Source of the DNA: a virus | Lineage: Duplodnaviria > Heunggongvirae > Uroviricota > Caudoviricetes > Demerecviridae | Direction: 5' to 3' (one strand) | IMG/VR virus record: IMGVR_UViG_2974640449_000001 | Span: 64,242-128,241 of that record | Length of the DNA stretch: 64,000 nucleotides | Part shown: positions 59,750 to 64,000 of the stretch, one piece after another | Layout of the letters: the number at the start of each line of letters is the position of its first letter | Numbering within the stretch: position 1 is the first letter of the stretch | Program-made: the position numbers and the translations under genes | The notes under the pieces: generated by a model | Database searches by the model: none | Seen by the model: only the letters and a program-made list of their open reading frames with translations | Told to the model about the DNA's origin: nothing

Positions 59750-59778
59750 TTGACAAGCCAAACGGCTTTTGAGATACT
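59750..59778 (+). promoter_or_regulatory. promoter TTGACA-17-GATACT upstream of the pre-early-like genes
   Basis: gTTGACAagccaaacggcttttgaGATACTactaacg; followed at 59858-59890 by the perfect inverted repeat GTTAACCGA..TCGGTTAAC. Confidence 0.4.
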
Positions 59779-59942
59779 ACTAACGTTCCCAAGGGAACAC
59801 GCTCTTTAACAATTTGGAATATGTGATTTGACCCATTGCTTACTGGACTGTTTAACGAGTGTTAACCGTTAACCGATTCATAACGAGTCGGTTAACTGAG
59901 AAACACTCTCATTTAAACTAACCTATTAAGAGGAAAAATATC

Positions 59943-60386
59943 ATGGCTAAGAAATGGACAGAAGAATCAGCAGCAAAAGCGGCAGAACTTTACAATGCTA
60001 AACTAGAAGCAGACGGTAAAGAAGCAGCAGCGCACAACGATTTTCTAGATGAAATCGCTAAACACGAAGAAGTTCAAGCGGTATCAGGTAAAGCAGTGCG
60101 CTCAAAACTTACTGTTATGGGTATCTATCAGAAACCGGACGCAGTTGCAAGTGTTGCGAAAACTAATACAGTGCGAAAAGAGCATTATGTACGTGCTCTA
60201 GCTCATACGCTAGGCTTAGATGTTGATGATTTGGACAGCCTTAAAAACGCTAAAATGTCAGCCCTAGAAGCTGTTTCGACTGCAATCGGTATTACTGACG
60301 TTATGACAGCAAGTGCAAAAGACTACAAACCAGATTTAGAAAAGGTTTGTGAAGCATTCGAAAATGCTCGCGGTCTAGACATTTAA
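59943..60386 (+). CDS. hypothetical protein (147 aa), pre-early-type
   Basis: RBS GAGGAAAAATATCATG. Confidence 0.5.
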   Translation: MAKKWTEESAAKAAELYNAKLEADGKEAAAHNDFLDEIAKHEEVQAVSGKAVRSKLTVMGIYQKPDAVASVAKTNTVRKEHYVRALAHTLGLDVDDLDSLKNAKMSALEAVSTAIGITDVMTASAKDYKPDLEKVCEAFENARGLDI

Positions 60387-60399
60387 CCGTCTAATAAAT

Positions 60400-60480
60400 T
60401 GGGGTAGCAATACCCCAATTTACAGTGTAAATTGCTTATCAGTTTACACTGTAAATTAAACCCGTAAATGGAGATATAAT
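60400..60480 (+). promoter_or_regulatory. hairpin (GGGGTAGCAATACCCC) plus 13-bp inverted-repeat operator (TTTACAGTGTAAAT / ATTTACACTGTAAA) and GGAGAT RBS
   Basis: ggggtagcaataccccaaTTTACAGTGTAAATtgcttatcagTTTACACTGTAAATtaaacccgtaaatggagatataatcATG; a second copy is at 60868-60955. Confidence 0.55.
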
Positions 60481-60481
60481 C

Positions 60482-60853
60482 ATGTCACAACAAACTCAAA
60501 TCATTGCATTAGGTTCACTTCTAGAAGCAGGTAACGCAAAATCAGAGCTACAACAAAAAGTTGCTAAACTAATTAACGTGCGTTTTGGTTGGCGTAAAAA
60601 CGACCGTATTTCTAGCAATACGTTACAAGCTGTTATCAATTTGATTGAAACATACGGTGGCAAAAAGCTGTTTCTAGAAAGCGAGCTAGATTCATTAGTA
60701 TATGCTAATAAAGCGGCTAAACTGACAGTATTCAGCCTACTATGTGAGGCGTTAAAAATCACTGATGTAACAGAGCGTAAAAATATTATGTCTATTGTTA
60801 CTAGTGGCGGGGAGCGCGAATTTCCGGTTCAAGTTCTAAAAGCATTCTGTTAG
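60482..60853 (+). CDS. hypothetical protein (123 aa)
   Basis: RBS ATGGAGATATAATCATG. Confidence 0.5.
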   Translation: MSQQTQIIALGSLLEAGNAKSELQQKVAKLINVRFGWRKNDRISSNTLQAVINLIETYGGKKLFLESELDSLVYANKAAKLTVFSLLCEALKITDVTERKNIMSIVTSGGEREFPVQVLKAFC

Positions 60854-60867
60854 TCAGGTATAAATTA

Positions 60868-60955
60868 GGGTAGCAATACCCTAATTTACAGTGTAAATTT
60901 ACCCAAGTTTACACTGTAAATTTCAAACCAACCCCATAGTGGAGATATACACAAA
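60868..60955 (+). promoter_or_regulatory. second copy of the hairpin plus palindromic operator
   Basis: gggtagcaataccctaaTTTACAGTGTAAATttacccaagTTTACACTGTAAATttcaaaccaaccccatagtggagatatacacaaATG. Confidence 0.55.
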
Positions 60956-62610
60956 TGACTAAACAACTAGTAGAAAACAAAGCTCAAATCCTTAAACTTG
61001 CAAAAGGCGAAAACTTTTGGGGCAAACGCCTAGACTCAAAACGTCGTGAGGTTGCAATTTCAATCCGTGAAGCTCTTAAACTAGATATTCATTCTAGCGA
61101 TTTGGTTGATTTTCTGGACGATAACAAACCAGTTAAAAAGACGCAGCAAAAATCACACGCTCAACAGGCAAGTGCAGACATTGAGCCAACTTTTGCAGGT
61201 AGTTTGCAGGGGCGTGATTATGAAAATCTAGACGATGGTTTATATATCATCACGGCAGCGCAAAACAATACTAAACCACATCCAGTATTAAATACATTGC
61301 TCTCAATGGCTAAATCATTGGATGCTGAATTTGGTATCATGCCGATTAAATACACAACTACGTTGCAAGGCTTGGAGCGTAAAAAGCCTAGTTTTCACGC
61401 AGACGTTAAAAAGCATCTGCTAGATAATGTCGATACATGGTTGGGTGGCGAAGGTAACGTGCTACTTGCTAACAGTGCTCAAATTCTACCGACTGCAAAA
61501 CAACCTATCAATGCAGCCGAAAAGCTTAATACAGGCGAGTCAATGACTATCGTTGCATCGCCTCGACGCCAAACAAAAACCCTACCTCGCCAGAAAAACG
61601 GTGCGCATCGTTGGGTTTATACAACGTCCGTTTGTACTCTTAAACACTACACTGATAGTCGTGCAGGGGCAGAGGCAGAAGCTGAGCATTGTTTCGGTGG
61701 TATCTTGATTCAAGTCACTAACGGCATGGTAAATCACCGCCGCCTAGTAGCTGACGAAAACGGCGTTATTGTTGATAATGGTTCGGTGTACTTCCCTGAT
61801 GGTACAATCAAAGCTTACAACGATGTATTTGATAATCAGCCCGTTATTGTGCTAGGTGATTTACACTGCGAAAAAATGTGCGACGACTCATTTCAACGTG
61901 CTACAGATTGGGCATTCGCTAACAATCCTCGCCTAATTGTGGTACACGATGCGCTAGATTTTATGAGCCGTAACCATCATAACCGTGAAGATTGGACATT
62001 CTTGTATCAAATGCAAGACCGTGCAGTAATCGAAGATTTAACCGATGTTATCAATCACTTGAATGCGCTTGCTGACATTGCGCCAGTATTTATTGTTGAA
62101 TCAAATCATGATTTAGCCCTAGATTCTTGGCTACGTGATAATAAATTCGACGTACGCAAAGACCCGAAAAACGCCCGTACTTATCACGCTCTAATGCTTG
62201 CTTACATTGAAGCTATGGATAACGGCACTTTTGACGACCTAGCGAAAATGGATTTAGCGTTTGCAGCCCTAGCCGATAAGCTACCAGAACTAAACCCAAA
62301 TATTGAGTTTGGCAAGCTGGATAATCAAAAACTAGCTTATGGTTATGATATTTCAATGCACGGTCACGTTGGTACAGGTGGGGCGAGAGGTAGCGCAGTA
62401 TCATTTAAGAAAATGCGCATTAAAACAATTACAGCTCATACCCATTCACCTTTTGAAGATAACAACAATATTGTTGTCGGTGTAACTGGTTCGATGGAAA
62501 TGGGCTACAACAAAGGCGGTACAACTTGGGACAGAGCAAACGCTATTGTTTATCCTAACTCAACTTGTCAGCTTATCCCGATGTATCTAATCGGTGAACA
62601 ACAATACTAA
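60955..62610 (+). CDS. A1-like pre-early protein (551 aa) with metallophosphoesterase-type motifs
   Basis: VVLGDLHCE, VVHDALD, GHVGTGG, HTHSP; size and position (next to the dmp-like gene) match T5 A1 (556 aa), which is an inference. Confidence 0.5.
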   Translation: MTKQLVENKAQILKLAKGENFWGKRLDSKRREVAISIREALKLDIHSSDLVDFLDDNKPVKKTQQKSHAQQASADIEPTFAGSLQGRDYENLDDGLYIITAAQNNTKPHPVLNTLLSMAKSLDAEFGIMPIKYTTTLQGLERKKPSFHADVKKHLLDNVDTWLGGEGNVLLANSAQILPTAKQPINAAEKLNTGESMTIVASPRRQTKTLPRQKNGAHRWVYTTSVCTLKHYTDSRAGAEAEAEHCFGGILIQVTNGMVNHRRLVADENGVIVDNGSVYFPDGTIKAYNDVFDNQPVIVLGDLHCEKMCDDSFQRATDWAFANNPRLIVVHDALDFMSRNHHNREDWTFLYQMQDRAVIEDLTDVINHLNALADIAPVFIVESNHDLALDSWLRDNKFDVRKDPKNARTYHALMLAYIEAMDNGTFDDLAKMDLAFAALADKLPELNPNIEFGKLDNQKLAYGYDISMHGHVGTGGARGSAVSFKKMRIKTITAHTHSPFEDNNNIVVGVTGSMEMGYNKGGTTWDRANAIVYPNSTCQLIPMYLIGEQQY

Positions 62611-62676
62611 TTAGTGTTTTATTAATAGGCATTCTAGCGAGTGCCTATTGTTGAACCCACTAATGGAGATAGACAA

Positions 62677-63180
62677 ATGTCAATTGAAGCAGTATTAACT
62701 CAAAAAGCAGAAGCTAAACAAGAAGCCAAAAAACAAAAAGCTATCTATCAAGAAGCTAAACACAAGCACAGCATAGCAGCTAGTAAAGCGTTATTTACAG
62801 AAGCCGATAAAGAGCTAATAGCCGAGCAGGTTAACACGCTTAAAAGTTTTGGTACTACGCCTCTTATGTCATGGGGGGACTTATCAAAACATGGCAATAT
62901 TCTAAAATATCTCAAGCTGTTTGATATTGACAAGGACGTGAAATTATTTGCTACGTCTATCCTTTGTGACGACGACTTGAAAAAAGCTATTACTGAATAC
63001 GACACGGCAAAAGAAATTTACTGCAAAGCATTGCGTGAATTAATGTTGTCTAAAGCTACACTTCTAAATGCTTTGATTCAGAATAAATTGTTTGGTTTCT
63101 TACGTGTCAGTACCAAGAAGTTAGCAAAAGCGGCAGCAGATATGCGCAAGCATTCAGAACGCTACAACACACAATACTAA
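62677..63180 (+). CDS. hypothetical pre-early protein (167 aa)
   Basis: Hairpin AATAGGCA-ttctagcgag-TGCCTATT then RBS AATGGAGATAGACAAATG. Confidence 0.45.
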   Translation: MSIEAVLTQKAEAKQEAKKQKAIYQEAKHKHSIAASKALFTEADKELIAEQVNTLKSFGTTPLMSWGDLSKHGNILKYLKLFDIDKDVKLFATSILCDDDLKKAITEYDTAKEIYCKALRELMLSKATLLNALIQNKLFGFLRVSTKKLAKAAADMRKHSERYNTQY

Positions 63181-63260
63181 TCCTACGCCATACGGCTCGA
63201 CGGGCGCAAATGTGACGCCCGTCACACTTTACAAATTACCCAATTATGGAGATTAAACCA

Positions 63261-63899
63261 ATGACTAAAGCATATGTATTCGACCTAGACGGCACAACTA
63301 TCGACAGCTTTCACCGTGTTGCGCCATGCCTAGACAGCAACGGCAACCTAAACCTAGATAAGTATATCAAAGAGGCTTGCACACCTGAGAAAGTCGCAAA
63401 TGATACACTCTTACCACTTGCCGGATATATGCAGCAGCTTATTAAGGATGGTCAAATAGTAATCATTCTCACCGCCCGTTACATGCTTAATCATGATTAT
63501 GTTTACCTACGCAAGAATCAATTGAGAACGCCTATCATTTGCAGCCGTGACCAATTGAGCCGTGTATTTGGTGAAGGTAATGCAGCCCGTATCAGTGCAA
63601 TGTCAGATGCGCCATATAAGCGCCAGTGGTTCGAGCATTTATTTGCTAGTATGCCACACGTTACAGAGTGGTCATTCTTTGACGACCATGATGGTATATT
63701 AGAAATGGCTAATTCATTAAAAGGTGTTACAGCTACGGATGCTAAACTCATGAATGAGCTGTTACAAATGCAATGGGCTGATATTTACCGCCAAGGCGAA
63801 CAAGACACCGCCGAGTTGATTCAAGACCTAATTGCTGAATGTTCAACTCAAGATGTGATTTGCAAGCCTGAATGGATTGATGAGCTTTTAGCTCAATAA
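63261..63899 (+). CDS. dmp: HAD-family 5'-deoxyribonucleotidase-like protein (Dmp-like)
   Basis: MTKAYVFDLDGTTID HAD motif I; hairpin GACGGGCG..CGCCCGTC plus RBS TATGGAGATTAAACCAATG upstream. Confidence 0.55.
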   Translation: MTKAYVFDLDGTTIDSFHRVAPCLDSNGNLNLDKYIKEACTPEKVANDTLLPLAGYMQQLIKDGQIVIILTARYMLNHDYVYLRKNQLRTPIICSRDQLSRVFGEGNAARISAMSDAPYKRQWFEHLFASMPHVTEWSFFDDHDGILEMANSLKGVTATDAKLMNELLQMQWADIYRQGEQDTAELIQDLIAECSTQDVICKPEWIDELLAQ

Positions 63900-63925
63900 A
63901 TAAAGAAAAGCTGTACAAATAAGAA

Positions 63926-63950
63926 TGGCTCTCAATTGAGAGCCATTATC
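63926..63950 (+). terminator. hairpin terminator
   Basis: ATGGCTCTCAATTGAGAGCCAT followed by T-rich sequence. Confidence 0.5.
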
Positions 63951-64000
63951 ATCTAGGGGGCGGTAATGAGACTAGTTCTCATTTGCATATAGGGGTACAC

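Noticed and set aside
1-64000. Integrase, repressor/lysogeny module, or transposase
   Set aside because: No tyrosine/serine recombinase or transposase motifs were seen; the gene content is that of a virulent phage.

Overview
This is a 64-kb, densely coding segment of a large virulent phage; by gene content it looks T5-like (Demerecviridae-like), which is an inference. It reads almost entirely on the + strand and is punctuated by about 35 copies of one strong sigma70-type early promoter (-35 TTGCTa, 17-bp spacer, -10 TATAAT) followed by a conserved leader (ATAAAGTTGAGAAACGGAGAT).

In order along the window:
- Ribonucleotide reductase block: nrdD 3' end, glutaredoxin-like nrdH, class I nrdB and nrdA, then nrdG. 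A NADAR hydrolase, an RNase HI and a DEDD exonuclease follow.
- A block of about 25 tRNA genes (9.3-17.5 kb) covering all 20 amino acids. It is interspersed with small basic ORFs, an HNH endonuclease, a GatB/YqeY-domain protein, a deoxyribosyltransferase-like protein, a PnuC-like transporter and several unexplained structured non-coding stretches.
- A two-component spanin-like pair, dNMP kinase, and two about 840-aa proteins with collagen-like Gly-X-Y stretches.
- A cassette of Sec-secreted proteins and a lipoprotein, holin plus M15 endolysin, and a small ppGpp-hydrolase-type HD protein.
- An SPFH/band-7 membrane protein, Ser/Thr phosphatase, and a tRNA-repair module split into three genes (Rnl1-like ligase, P-loop Pnk-like kinase, metallophosphoesterase).
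- A three-gene NAD+ reconstitution cluster (Prs-like ADPR-PP synthetase homolog, macro domain, NAMPT-like), then ThyX, an Rnl2-like ligase, a second RNase H-like protein, a HAD phosphatase and many small ORFs.
- A 4.7-kb mostly non-coding region (55.2-59.9 kb) with iteron-like tandem repeats, DnaA-box clusters, inverted repeats and an embedded minus-strand cassette of seven small acidic proteins. This is interpreted as an origin / injection-stop-like boundary.
- Pre-early-type genes follow: an A1-like 551-aa protein and a Dmp-like HAD hydrolase, each preceded by a hairpin and a GGAGAT ribosome-binding site, two with palindromic operators.

The most interesting candidates are the NARP1-like NAD+ reconstitution cluster with an inserted macro domain, the split Pnkp/Rnl1 tRNA-repair module, the NADAR and alarmone-hydrolase anti-defence candidates, the repeat-rich origin region with its inverted-repeat-flanked cassette, and a small promoter-driven structured RNA at 55.2 kb.
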